64,000 nt of DNA from Clostridia bacterium. GTDB lineage: Bacteria; Bacillota; Clostridia; CAKSNL01; HGM11501. The stretch covers positions 64,001 to 128,000 of the forward strand of contig JAZQAZ010000023.1 in assembly GCA_045545475.1 (NCBI GenBank). Reading direction: 5' to 3'. Under the pieces are notes generated by a model, which saw only the letters and a list, made by a program, of their open reading frames with translations, ran no database searches and was not told the origin of the DNA. The first letter of the stretch is position 1. Every line of letters begins with the position of its first letter. Both the position numbers and the translations under genes were made by a program. Of the stretch, positions 20,795 to 30,385 are shown piece after piece.

Positions 20795-22213
20795 ATGGAA
20801 GAAAATAAGAATTTAAATCCCGAAAACGGAGAGGAAAATGTTTCTCCCGTTTCCGAAACAGAAGAAATCACCGAAGAAGCCTCTGCAGAAGTGATTGAAG
20901 AAACAGAAGAAGAAATCGTTGAGGAAATTTCAGAGGAAGAAGCTTCCAAAGAAGAAGCAGCAGAAGAAGAAGAACCCAAAAAGAAAAAGAGCGGTTTAAT
21001 TGCCGCTATAATAGCATTGGTAGTTGCTGTTATAGCTATAATAGCCATTGTTTCAACATTCTTTTCTGGACACAACGGAACAGAAGGAACAGGCAACCTT
21101 TACGCTCATGGTTTTGCAACAATAAAAGGCGGAGAAGTTTTCCATGTTAACTTTGCCGACTATAAAATGTACAGAACTAATTTAAGAACAAAAGAAAGCA
21201 CTCTCGTTTCCGAGACAGATAATGTTGTATATATTACAAATTATAAAAACAACGTATATTATTTAAGCTATACTTTCACTGAAGATTCTCCCGAAACAGC
21301 TTACAGCTACAAAAAATACGTTGACGGAGAAAACGATATAGTTCTGTTCTCAGATGTCATCAGTTCTCCTCAGATTTCTGACGGCTATATCTATTATCTC
21401 AAGTCTTATGAGGACCTTTATTCAGGAAACTCCAGCCGTATATACAGAGCTAAGCTTCAGGAGGGTGCTACTCCCGAGCTTTGCTGCGATGTATTATGTG
21501 CATCCTTCCTTGTAGACGGTAAGGACCTTTATTACTGCGAAGGTCTTAATACATCTCTCATGAAAACCACTGTTTCCGCTGCAATGAAGGCTATCGCAGA
21601 AAATCCCCTCCCCGACGGAGAAACCCGTTCTTCAGCAGAGCTTGGTGCTGAAACAGTTATGTCTTCTGCAATCGTTGCTTGTCCCACTATCGTTGGTGAC
21701 ACACTTTACTATCTTGATTCCCTTAATCAGTATGAGCTTCGCCAGTTCAATCTTAAAACAGGTGAAGACAGTGCCTTTAATACAGGAATCTACGCAACAG
21801 CATTCAACATCTATGGCCACAGAATTTACTATCACAATCAGGCAGATTACTGCGTATACAGCATGAATTTTGACGGAAGCGACGTGGCAAAAATGACTGC
21901 TCCCAACTACGGACTTACAGCAATTTCTCACGACAAGTTCATGTCCATGGAATTTGCAGAAGACGGCACTCAGTATATTGCTGTATGTGACCTCGAAGGC
22001 AACAAAATTTTCGACATAACCTTCAAAGAACAGTATCACGAACTTTACTCTTTATACGAAGATGAATTCGGAACCGAAGAAGAAGCAACAGAGGATACAG
22101 AAACGACAGGGGAAGAATCTTCTGTAGAAACAACTGAAGAATCTTCTGAAGAAACCGCAGAGACCGAAGAATCAGAAGAATCCATAGAAACAATCGTTGA
22201 CATGGAAGAATAA
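20795..22213 (+). CDS. Membrane-anchored DUF5050-like beta-propeller protein with acidic termini
   Basis: Glu-rich N-tail, KKKKS plus TM, repeated DGYIYY / GDTLYY / GHRIYY blades, Glu/Thr-rich C-tail. Confidence 0.7.
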   Translation: MEENKNLNPENGEENVSPVSETEEITEEASAEVIEETEEEIVEEISEEEASKEEAAEEEEPKKKKSGLIAAIIALVVAVIAIIAIVSTFFSGHNGTEGTGNLYAHGFATIKGGEVFHVNFADYKMYRTNLRTKESTLVSETDNVVYITNYKNNVYYLSYTFTEDSPETAYSYKKYVDGENDIVLFSDVISSPQISDGYIYYLKSYEDLYSGNSSRIYRAKLQEGATPELCCDVLCASFLVDGKDLYYCEGLNTSLMKTTVSAAMKAIAENPLPDGETRSSAELGAETVMSSAIVACPTIVGDTLYYLDSLNQYELRQFNLKTGEDSAFNTGIYATAFNIYGHRIYYHNQADYCVYSMNFDGSDVAKMTAPNYGLTAISHDKFMSMEFAEDGTQYIAVCDLEGNKIFDITFKEQYHELYSLYEDEFGTEEEATEDTETTGEESSVETTEESSEETAETEESEESIETIVDMEE

Positions 22214-22329
22214 TACAGTAAAAAAATAAACCGCCGTTTCGGCGGGTACTCTTAAAACAGTTAATCGGTACACTACATTAACCTACTGTACCGATTCTTG
22301 ATTAAAATATAAGAGGAGGATAAAAGAAA

Positions 22330-22845
22330 ATGTGGCTATTTGTTATTGGAATTGCATTTGTTGTATTTTGTATTATATTCACTCAGTGCGATGATGCTAT
22401 AAAAGAACAGAATAGCAGAGCTTTTGCGAATGCGAAATACAGGGAAAAGTATGGCTGTTCTCTGGAAGAAATGCGCGAAAAAGTAAAAAACTCCTCCAAT
22501 ATAAAAACAATCGCAGATAAAATTAAAGAAATTCATCCATGTGCGTTTTGTGTTAACTGGGCAGGAGTTTACGCACTCTATGGTGATTTGAGCAACCTTT
22601 CCGGCCGCCACTGGACACGCAATTCCAGCCCCTTGTTCCTTTTTTCCCACCTTGGTATCTCAGAAATTCCAGACTTCTGCCTTGATGAGTTTATGGTTGC
22701 GTTGGAAAAAGCGTTGGAGCTGCCCGACTTAGGAAAGAAATCGTTTATTCCGTACGAACTTACATATTATGATGACGGGCGTTGTTTCTTGCGGAAAGAC
22801 CTCCTTGAAGCACCAAAACCAAAACTCAAAGGCCAAGATTGGTAA
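22330..22845 (+). CDS. Hypothetical protein with N-terminal TM
   Basis: RBS GAGGAGG; 171-aa ORF followed by a hairpin at 22922-22950. Confidence 0.65.
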   Translation: MWLFVIGIAFVVFCIIFTQCDDAIKEQNSRAFANAKYREKYGCSLEEMREKVKNSSNIKTIADKIKEIHPCAFCVNWAGVYALYGDLSNLSGRHWTRNSSPLFLFSHLGISEIPDFCLDEFMVALEKALELPDLGKKSFIPYELTYYDDGRCFLRKDLLEAPKPKLKGQDW

Positions 22846-22990
22846 TTGCAAGATTGAAATTACTCCATCAAGAGTGCACTTCTATACATTGCATTCTGCC
22901 ATGTAGTGCGAATAATGATAAAAGCCAAGTTGCATCGTGCAGCTTGGCTTAACTGTTTTATGAACTCCGCCAAACGAACGGTTTATTTTT

Positions 22991-24379
22991 TTAAAGATTT
23001 CTAAAATTACAAAGCCTGTGGAACGTCGAATAATTTGCATTGTGATAATCGTTTGCACCGTTTATGGATGTTCTTGAAAGATAGATAAGGTCATCTCCAT
23101 CAAAAGCAAAGTCCACATACTGGAACCCCACTTTAGAAGGATCGTCGTGACGGTAATCAATTAGGTCGGCAACAATGGTCCAGTTATCAAGATCGCTTGA
23201 TTGTAAAAGTGCCAGATAGTTTCTTGCCCTAAGCTCATTTTCGTCGTATATGATGCTGGCAAGAGTATAATAATTTCCACTTACTTCATCACGCTTTATA
23301 ATGAACTTTGAACGGTTTCCGGGGAATTTAATTACTCTGTCAAATGAAACAGGTGCATCCGGATCATCTTCATTTACTTTATAACGCATAATGAGACCGT
23401 ATTTAGGCTCTGACGTTTCCATAAGCTCATAGCGCATAATTTCAGCAAGCTTGCCATCCGGAGTTTCTACTATGCATCCCTCTAAAACTCCGCCGTTTAC
23501 ACCCTTTGCCACACCTTCCCATTCTTCACTGATGGGACATGGCTCGGATATTGACCAGTTTTCAGAAACAAGTAAGTCATCATCCACCTTACAGCTTATA
23601 ATCATCGGAGAGTGACGGTATGGAAGGAATGACCAGGCACCCCAGTCACAGGTAAGATATATTCTTCCGTTATGAATAACTGTTGTCATAGGCGCCTTCT
23701 GAGTTCCCGCACCCGTCGGATCGGATGAGCCTCGGAGCAGCACTGTGGGAGTTTGCCATGTTTTTCCTCCGTCTGAAGATTTTCCGATGAGCAAATCACC
23801 GTATTCGGTGGAAGAGGCCATCATATAAACATCTCCGTTATGATAGAAAAGTTCTCCCCAATAGCAAGGCATAAGCTCTGAATAGTGATACCAGGTTTTC
23901 CCCTTGTCGTCGGAACGGAAAATGAGCGTCAAGTTCTGAGGCTGACCGGGAGCAAACAAATCCATCGATGCAAGATAGTAGCCTTCAGGATGAACAAGAA
24001 GCGAGGGCGAACATAAATAGCGTCCCGAAAAGCTATACGCTCTGTCCTCCGGATGAAGGTAATTAACTACTGTTCCTACGCTTTTCCCGCATCTTGCAAG
24101 GCGGATACGGCTCTTATTTTCTCCCGAAGTTACATAAAATTCATAGTCGGTTTCCGTTTTAAGTTTTTCAATATCAAAGTTCGTTTCGTCGGTCTCTCCC
24201 GCCTTTACAAACTCTTCTGTTCCTGATTCACGGTAATAGACAGAGTATGGAGCTTCTACTTCAAACCACTCAAAATGAATAGAGTTTTCATAGGGTACTA
24301 CCCTTGAAACATAGGGGCATCCCGTTTCAAACAAAAAGGGTTTATAGGGAGAATAGCTCCAGGTATTTATTCCTTTCAT
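22991..24379 (-). CDS. Sialidase-like (BNR/Asp-box) protein with N-terminal FN3 domain
   Basis: Asp boxes SDDKGKTW, SSDGGKTW, SSDLDNW; LKTETDYEFYV; no signal peptide. Confidence 0.8.
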   Translation of the reverse strand: MKGINTWSYSPYKPFLFETGCPYVSRVVPYENSIHFEWFEVEAPYSVYYRESGTEEFVKAGETDETNFDIEKLKTETDYEFYVTSGENKSRIRLARCGKSVGTVVNYLHPEDRAYSFSGRYLCSPSLLVHPEGYYLASMDLFAPGQPQNLTLIFRSDDKGKTWYHYSELMPCYWGELFYHNGDVYMMASSTEYGDLLIGKSSDGGKTWQTPTVLLRGSSDPTGAGTQKAPMTTVIHNGRIYLTCDWGAWSFLPYRHSPMIISCKVDDDLLVSENWSISEPCPISEEWEGVAKGVNGGVLEGCIVETPDGKLAEIMRYELMETSEPKYGLIMRYKVNEDDPDAPVSFDRVIKFPGNRSKFIIKRDEVSGNYYTLASIIYDENELRARNYLALLQSSDLDNWTIVADLIDYRHDDPSKVGFQYVDFAFDGDDLIYLSRTSINGANDYHNANYSTFHRLCNFRNL

Positions 24380-24390
24380 AAATTGTCTCC

Positions 24391-25326
24391 TTAAAGTTTA
24401 TCTATATATGTCTTGCAAAGTGCCCTCATCTGAGAAACGCAGTCCTTTACATAGTCCGTCATTTCACAATCCTTGCGATTTCTTGCCGTAAGGACTGTTT
24501 CAAGACCCTCAAGGCACATATGATACTTTGCGGTAAGAGGGTATGGTAATCCGTTTTCAGTAAAACCGCAGGTGCCGATTAAATTTTGGATTTCCTCTGC
24601 CTTCTCGGGGACTTTTCTATAGTTTTCGCAAAGCCAGGCATAAAGCTCGGGATGGAAGTTTGCCATTATTCCGCAATATCCTGCCCCTCCATCTTTAAGA
24701 CTTTGAAGCAATGTCTGACAGTTTGCATTAAGTAAATTAAAGTGTGTACCCTTTATAATATCGAGACGTTCTTTTATCATTTTCGCATCACAGCAGGTAT
24801 CCTTCATATAATAAAATCTGTCAGTTTCTATACACCACTTAAGAATTTTTGGGGTAACAAGTCTTTTGTAAGGATGAGGACATTCGTAAAGTCCTAGGTT
24901 TACATCTTCGGGAAGCATGGATAAAAGCCTTTCGGCATTTTTAATCCATACATCATCCCCCTCATTATTTAAATCCAGACGGTTAGTTATTAAAATAAGA
25001 GCATCTGTACCGGTTTCGATAACTTTATTAAGCTCATATGCCTGATCCTCAATAGAATCTGCCACATGCCCTGAGGAAACTATTGTAAAGGCTTTTCCGC
25101 TCTTTTTCTTAAGTTCCTGCGCTTTTGCATAAACTCTTCTGTTAAGCTCTGCTCTTTCTTCAACAGTAAGATAAAAAATTTCACTGGACTGACAAATTGC
25201 AAAAATTCCCGCACAGCCCTTTTCAAAATACCATTCCACATACCTTTCCGCCATATCATAGTCAACGCTGCCATCCGCTTTATACGGTGTTATCATTGTA
25301 GGATATGCTCCAAATCTGTATTCCAT
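24391..25326 (-). CDS. DapA/NanA-family aldolase/lyase
   Basis: MITPYKADGSVD, CQSSE, LYECP, Schiff-base YMKDT. Confidence 0.9.
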   Translation of the reverse strand: MEYRFGAYPTMITPYKADGSVDYDMAERYVEWYFEKGCAGIFAICQSSEIFYLTVEERAELNRRVYAKAQELKKKSGKAFTIVSSGHVADSIEDQAYELNKVIETGTDALILITNRLDLNNEGDDVWIKNAERLLSMLPEDVNLGLYECPHPYKRLVTPKILKWCIETDRFYYMKDTCCDAKMIKERLDIIKGTHFNLLNANCQTLLQSLKDGGAGYCGIMANFHPELYAWLCENYRKVPEKAEEIQNLIGTCGFTENGLPYPLTAKYHMCLEGLETVLTARNRKDCEMTDYVKDCVSQMRALCKTYIDKL

Positions 25327-25385
25327 ATAATCACTCCTTTATCTTATATCATCATAATACTACCAATTTTGATTTTTTCAATATA

Positions 25386-25419
25386 AAACAGGGACATTTT
25401 TTTATGAAACCGAGACATT
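25386..25419. promoter_or_regulatory. Candidate AraC operator (direct repeat, 21-bp period)
   Basis: AAACAGGGACATT at 25386 and AAACCGAGACATT at 25407, between the divergent aldolase and AraC genes. Confidence 0.45.
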
Positions 25420-25484
25420 AATTATTGACTTAGGATGAAATCTATTGTAAAATATTTTCAATGCTTTCCAAAGGAGAAGTTTTT

Positions 25485-26366
25485 ATGCCTTTAAAAAACA
25501 GCACAAAGACTACCAGGCAACGGCTGAACAAGCTTTTTATCCCGGATATAACAGAGCCATATCATATAAAAGTACATTGGATACGTGCCGTTTTTCCGCC
25601 GGATGGTCTGGTCACTATAAGTAATGAACTGCATATCCATACCTTTTTTGAGCTTCATTTAATTACAGATGGAGAATTTCACTACCGCTCTGAAAATAAC
25701 CGGTTGTATACCATCAGCAGAGGAAGTGGCTTGTTAATTCCTGCCGAAAAAAGTCATATGCTGGAGAAATACAGCGAAACAGCATGTAAAATTTCAGTGG
25801 CGTTCTCCCCTGATAAAGGTTCTTTTTTATATAAAAAGCTTAAGGAAAGCGGTATTTTTTCCTTTGCCGTTTCAGATTCTATGCTTTCTATACTTTCTTT
25901 CATAATTAATGAAGGCGAGATAAACAGCATTTCCTCACCATATCTTATAAGGAACAGGATATTTGAACTGATTTGTCTCATCCAACGCACTATGGGCATG
26001 GAAGAGGAAAACGGAAAACCGCATAATGAGACGGAGGACCGTCGCATCACTGCCGCAAAGCTTTTCATAAAAAGCAATAGTCAAAGACTGCTTACCTGCA
26101 ACGAAGTCGCATCCTTCTGCGGCCTTAGCACCAAGCAGACAGAAAGACTTTTTTTCGCATCCACCGGACGCCATTTATCAGAATATATTAAAAGCATGCG
26201 TCTTTCAGAGGCTGAACGGTTGCTCTCGGAAACAAGAATGCCTATAAAAGAAGTCAGCGAAGCACTGGGCTTTTCCAATGTGTATAATTTCACTAATTTT
26301 TTCACTAAAAGGGCCGGAATCACACCCGGAGCCTACAGGAAATCTGATATGAGGAAGGAAAATTGA
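25485..26366 (+). CDS. AraC-family transcriptional regulator
   Basis: Cupin LHIHTFFELH; HTH IKEVSEALGFSNVYNFTNFFTKRAGITPGAY. Confidence 0.93.
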   Translation: MPLKNSTKTTRQRLNKLFIPDITEPYHIKVHWIRAVFPPDGLVTISNELHIHTFFELHLITDGEFHYRSENNRLYTISRGSGLLIPAEKSHMLEKYSETACKISVAFSPDKGSFLYKKLKESGIFSFAVSDSMLSILSFIINEGEINSISSPYLIRNRIFELICLIQRTMGMEEENGKPHNETEDRRITAAKLFIKSNSQRLLTCNEVASFCGLSTKQTERLFFASTGRHLSEYIKSMRLSEAERLLSETRMPIKEVSEALGFSNVYNFTNFFTKRAGITPGAYRKSDMRKEN

Positions 26367-26368
26367 TT

Positions 26369-27256
26369 ATGTCAACATACCATATACTCTACAATCCAAT
26401 GGCCGCCAGTGGCGAAGGAATGAAAAAAGCTGAATCCTTAAGACAAACATTAAGCGGAAATCTTGCTTTTCACGATATAACAACCCTTGACGTAAATGAT
26501 TTTATTTCTTCAACTATGCCTGACGATAAAATTGTTGTTTCCGGCGGAGACGGAACAATAAGCCGATTTGTCAACGATATTTACGGAAATCCCCCTGAAA
26601 GAGAGTTGTTTTACCACGCTTCCGGCAGTGGCAACGATTTTGCCAAGGATATAAATCTTTCAAAAGCTTCCTTGACATCTCTTACCCCGTATCTTAAAAA
26701 CCTTCCCACCGTATTTGTAAAGGGTAAAAAGCACAAATTCTTAAACGGAATAGGCTACGGCATTGACGGCTATTGCTGTGAAGTCGGCGAAAAACTCCGA
26801 GAGAAAGGGAAAAAAATAAACTATACCACAATTGCGATAAAAGGCCTTCTGTTCTTCTTTAAGCGTACAAATGCAACCATTACGGTGGACGGTGTAACAA
26901 AAAGCTATAAAAACGTATGGATGATACCCACAATGTTCGGCCGTTATTATGGCGGAGGTATGATGGCCTGCCCCCTGCAGTCCAGAGAAAATGAGTATGG
27001 TTCCTTATCCGTTATGGCCGTTCATTCAAAAAGCAAACTCAAATTGCTATATATCTTCCCTAAAATTTTCACAGGCAAACATATAAAATTCAAAAGCGTT
27101 ATAGATACCCTGACTGGCCATGAAATAACCGTTTCTTTTGACAAACCCACCGCTCTTCAGATTGACGGTGAAGCCGTAACAGAGGTGCTTTCATATACGG
27201 TTAAATCAGCAAAAGTACTTAATGCAGAAAAATCGGAAGTGAAGGAGACGGTTTAA
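26369..27256 (+). CDS. Diacylglycerol/lipid kinase family protein
   Basis: YNPMAASG, GGDGT, GSGNDF, YYGGG, QIDGE. Confidence 0.92.
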   Translation: MSTYHILYNPMAASGEGMKKAESLRQTLSGNLAFHDITTLDVNDFISSTMPDDKIVVSGGDGTISRFVNDIYGNPPERELFYHASGSGNDFAKDINLSKASLTSLTPYLKNLPTVFVKGKKHKFLNGIGYGIDGYCCEVGEKLREKGKKINYTTIAIKGLLFFFKRTNATITVDGVTKSYKNVWMIPTMFGRYYGGGMMACPLQSRENEYGSLSVMAVHSKSKLKLLYIFPKIFTGKHIKFKSVIDTLTGHEITVSFDKPTALQIDGEAVTEVLSYTVKSAKVLNAEKSEVKETV

Positions 27257-28242
27257 TGTTTGGAAGAATCAATGCAAAGGAATACGGTTTTGCAGGAGAC
27301 GGTATTACCAGAAACGACGCCGTAATGAAAAAGTATATTGAAAAAGACTATACCACTCCCATCTTTTTCCCGACAGGAATTTATGTATTCTCAGAAGGCT
27401 TCAATTTCCCCGACCAGTGCTATATTGAGCTTGAGGCCAATGCCGAGCTTAAGCTGGACAGCGACGAAATTCAGGAATATTTCATAACACTCCGCCGTGG
27501 CAGAACAGGCGGAGGCTATACCTTTAACTCCTTTATCAGAGGTGGCTTTATAAATGCCAATAACAAAGCAAAAAACGGCATCGGAGTTTATAAAACAAGA
27601 CACTGCGTTTTCGAGAATTTTATCTTAAAGAATGTTCTTGAAAAGGGAATTGTCACAAGAACGGAGAAAATTCCGGACGGACACGCATTTTTCAGAAACA
27701 TCCTGGTTGAAAACGATTTCGGATTAAAAGGAACCATCGGAGTTTTCGACAATTCCTTTGACACCCACTTCGAAGAGGTTGAAGTGGTAAACTTTGAAAC
27801 CGGCTTTTACACCATATGCGGAAGATTCTGCCGTTGCTCTGCGTGGCTCCGCGACAATTCCATAATGGAAAATTCAACCTTTGCATTTATTGACGGCTAT
27901 GACATCATATTTGAATCTCCTGCCGTTGATACTTACCGCTACGGCTTTAAGATTGACCGTCCCGGCTACAGCGTGGGAATTTCCAATATGCTCTGGATAA
28001 CAAACGGCGGCGTTTACACAAAAGAGCTCAGGGATAAATTTGACGCCACAATTTTCAACGCCTCAAGCGACGAATGTATTTACAACGTATGCGGACTTAA
28101 GATAAATTACGAGGAAAACTTAAGCTTTTCCAACATTCCCCTTCCCTCCTCGTCTTTCCTTAATCTCCGCTATCCCAAAACCTTTGATCCGCACGGGGAA
28201 TATAAGCACTTCAGAGATGATAACGAAAATTTGAAAAAGTAA
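27256..28242 (+). CDS. Pectate-lyase-3-like beta-helix protein
   Basis: YGFAGDGITRND...IFFPTGIY; beta-helix-type spacing of N/G/hydrophobic residues. Confidence 0.6.
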   Translation: MFGRINAKEYGFAGDGITRNDAVMKKYIEKDYTTPIFFPTGIYVFSEGFNFPDQCYIELEANAELKLDSDEIQEYFITLRRGRTGGGYTFNSFIRGGFINANNKAKNGIGVYKTRHCVFENFILKNVLEKGIVTRTEKIPDGHAFFRNILVENDFGLKGTIGVFDNSFDTHFEEVEVVNFETGFYTICGRFCRCSAWLRDNSIMENSTFAFIDGYDIIFESPAVDTYRYGFKIDRPGYSVGISNMLWITNGGVYTKELRDKFDATIFNASSDECIYNVCGLKINYEENLSFSNIPLPSSSFLNLRYPKTFDPHGEYKHFRDDNENLKK

Positions 28243-28244
28243 TT

Positions 28245-28282
28245 AAAAGGACTATGTGAGCCTAAGCTCACATAGTCCTTTT
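28245..28282. terminator. Bidirectional terminator
   Basis: AAAAGGACTATGTGAGC-CTAA-GCTCACATAGTCCTTTT. Confidence 0.9.
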
Positions 28283-28927
28283 TCACAGTATCTGTTTTAA
28301 TTCTTCCGCTATTTTTTTATGTATTTCTCCGTTTTCGCCTTTTGCTCTGCTTTCCTCATAACGGATAAGCCTAAGTGCATATTCAGAAAAATATTCACCT
28401 TTTTTATTTATTATAACCGGACCTGCCACCATTTCCAGAGGCGTGTATTCTGCCTTTCCCGGCACGGCCTTTATTATAGCATAAATTCTCCCCATATCGG
28501 AAACCAGGATTTCATCTTCTATCTTAAGTCCGAGACACATAAGCGTTTCCCGAAGCGTATCTGCCTTACTCATAGGCTGCAGAATAAAACACTTAATTTT
28601 TGATATATCGTCTTTTTCAAGAATATAGGAAATGACATCCCCGCCAAGTCCTGCTATTATAACGGTTTCCACCTTATCGTGGGCAAAGGAAAGTCCGTCG
28701 GAAAGCACGGGGATAACTTTATCCCCACATCCGAATCTTTCTATGTTTTCCTTCGCAGTAAGCAGCGGTGATTCATTTATATCGCAGGCGTAAATTTTTT
28801 CAGCCAGGCCTTCACGGGCAAGATAAATCGACAAAAGTCCATGATCTGCTCCGATATCCGCCGCCGTTTCCGACTTTGGAAACAGAGAGGCTATTGCTTT
28901 CATTCTTTCAGTAAAATGTATTTTCAT
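28283..28927 (-). CDS. trmK: tRNA (adenine22-N1)-methyltransferase
   Basis: ADIGADHG, DINESPL, SDGL, IAGLGG, ILQPM; located downstream of rpoD. Confidence 0.9.
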   Translation of the reverse strand: MKIHFTERMKAIASLFPKSETAADIGADHGLLSIYLAREGLAEKIYACDINESPLLTAKENIERFGCGDKVIPVLSDGLSFAHDKVETVIIAGLGGDVISYILEKDDISKIKCFILQPMSKADTLRETLMCLGLKIEDEILVSDMGRIYAIIKAVPGKAEYTPLEMVAGPVIINKKGEYFSEYALRLIRYEESRAKGENGEIHKKIAEELKQIL

Positions 28928-28942
28928 AAAATCACCTATATA

Positions 28943-28970
28943 AAACGGGCAACCAAGGAGTTGCCCGTTT
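28943..28970 (-). terminator. Terminator downstream of rpoD
   Basis: AAACGGGCAAC-CAAGGA-GTTGCCCGTTT. Confidence 0.8.
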
Positions 28971-28972
28971 AT

Positions 28973-29298
28973 ATTTTTCTTTGGTTTGCAAATCGCTTGA
29001 ACGCTTTTTGCAAACTCTCGCATAAAATTTCTTTGTTGAAATTTTACTCATCATGCGTTTCTTTTTTTCGCTCTGCTTTACGAAAAAATGCTGTTCGCAT
29101 TTTTCTTTGGTTTGCAAATCGCTTGAACGCTTTTTGCAAACTCTCGCATAAAATTTCTTTGTTGAAAATTCACTCATCATGCGTTTCTTTTTTTCGCTCT
29201 GCTTTGCGAAAAAATGCTGTTCGCATTTTTCTTTGGTTTGCAAATCGCTTGAACGCTTTTTGCAAACTCTCGCATAAAATTTCTTTGTTGAAATTTTA
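28973..29298. repeat. Tandem repeat, 126-bp unit, ~2.6 copies, rich in internal palindromes
   Basis: Units start at 28973, 29099 and 29225 and are nearly identical. Confidence 0.95.
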
Positions 29299-30384
29299 TG
29301 CTAAGAAATCCTTAAGTTTTCTGCTTCTGGATGGATGGCGTAACTTACGAAGAGCCTTTGCCTCTATCTGACGGATACGCTCTCTTGTTACGTTGAACAC
29401 CTTTCCCACTTCTTCAAGTGTGCGGCTTCTTCCGTCATCAAGACCGAAACGGAGTCTTAAAACTCTTTCCTCTCTTGGTGTAAGAGTATCAAGCACGTCC
29501 ACAAGCTGCTCTTTAAGAAGCATAAAGGAAGCTGCCTCACTGGGTGCGGGAGCATCCTCGTCGGGAATGAATTCGCCAAGACGTGTATCTTCCTCTTCGC
29601 CTATGGGCATTTCAAGGGATACAGGTTCCTGAGCTATCTTCATAATCTCACGTACCTTTTCGATGGACATATTCATTTCCTTTGCAATTTCTTCCGGAGT
29701 TGCATCTCTGCCGTATTCCTGAAGAAGCTGACGTGAAACTCTGATAAGCTTGTTGATTGTTTCAACCATATGCACAGGAACACGGATTGTTCTTGCCTGG
29801 TCTGCAATCGCTCTTGTTATGGACTGACGAATCCACCATGTGGAATAAGTAGAAAACTTATAACCTTTTGCGTAGTCAAACTTTTCAACTGCTTTTATAA
29901 GACCAAGGTTACCTTCCTGGATAAGGTCCAGGAACAAAAGTCCTCTTCCCACATATTTTTTAGCAATGCTTACAACAAGACGGAGGTTTGTTTCAATAAG
30001 CTTCTGCTTTGCTTCTTCGTCTCCCTCTGACATTTTTCTTGCAAGTTCGTATTCTTCATCTGCAGTTAAAAGCGGAACTTTACCTATTTCTTTTAAGTAC
30101 ATTCTTACATGATCATCCACATTTGTGCCGTCAGGAAGATTCATGTCTATTTCTTCTTCTACCTGAACAGGTTCAATCTGTTCAAGTTCCTTTTCAAGAT
30201 CTCCGACTACTTCAATTCCTTCACGGTCGAGTGAGTCATAAACCTTTTCCATCTGCTCTTCTTCAAGCTCAAATTCAGCCAATGCATCGGCAATTTCTTT
30301 ATATGATAAAAGCCCTTTCTTCTTTCCCTTTTCCACCAATTCCTTAATTGCGATTTTTCTCGCGGACATGATATTTTCGCTCAT
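29296..30384 (-). CDS. rpoD: RNA polymerase sigma factor RpoD/SigA
   Basis: [42 protein letters not shown]. Confidence 0.98.
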   Translation of the reverse strand: MSENIMSARKIAIKELVEKGKKKGLLSYKEIADALAEFELEEEQMEKVYDSLDREGIEVVGDLEKELEQIEPVQVEEEIDMNLPDGTNVDDHVRMYLKEIGKVPLLTADEEYELARKMSEGDEEAKQKLIETNLRLVVSIAKKYVGRGLLFLDLIQEGNLGLIKAVEKFDYAKGYKFSTYSTWWIRQSITRAIADQARTIRVPVHMVETINKLIRVSRQLLQEYGRDATPEEIAKEMNMSIEKVREIMKIAQEPVSLEMPIGEEEDTRLGEFIPDEDAPAPSEAASFMLLKEQLVDVLDTLTPREERVLRLRFGLDDGRSRTLEEVGKVFNVTRERIRQIEAKALRKLRHPSRSRKLKDFLA

Positions 30385-30385
30385 A

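Noticed and set aside
28973-29298. Possible CRISPR array
   Set aside because: Units are 126 bp and head-to-tail with no unique spacers; no cas genes
28841-29371. Repetitive ORFs 28841..29371(+) and 28932..29243(-)
   Set aside because: By-products of a 126-bp unit divisible by three; no convincing RBS, and they cross the terminator
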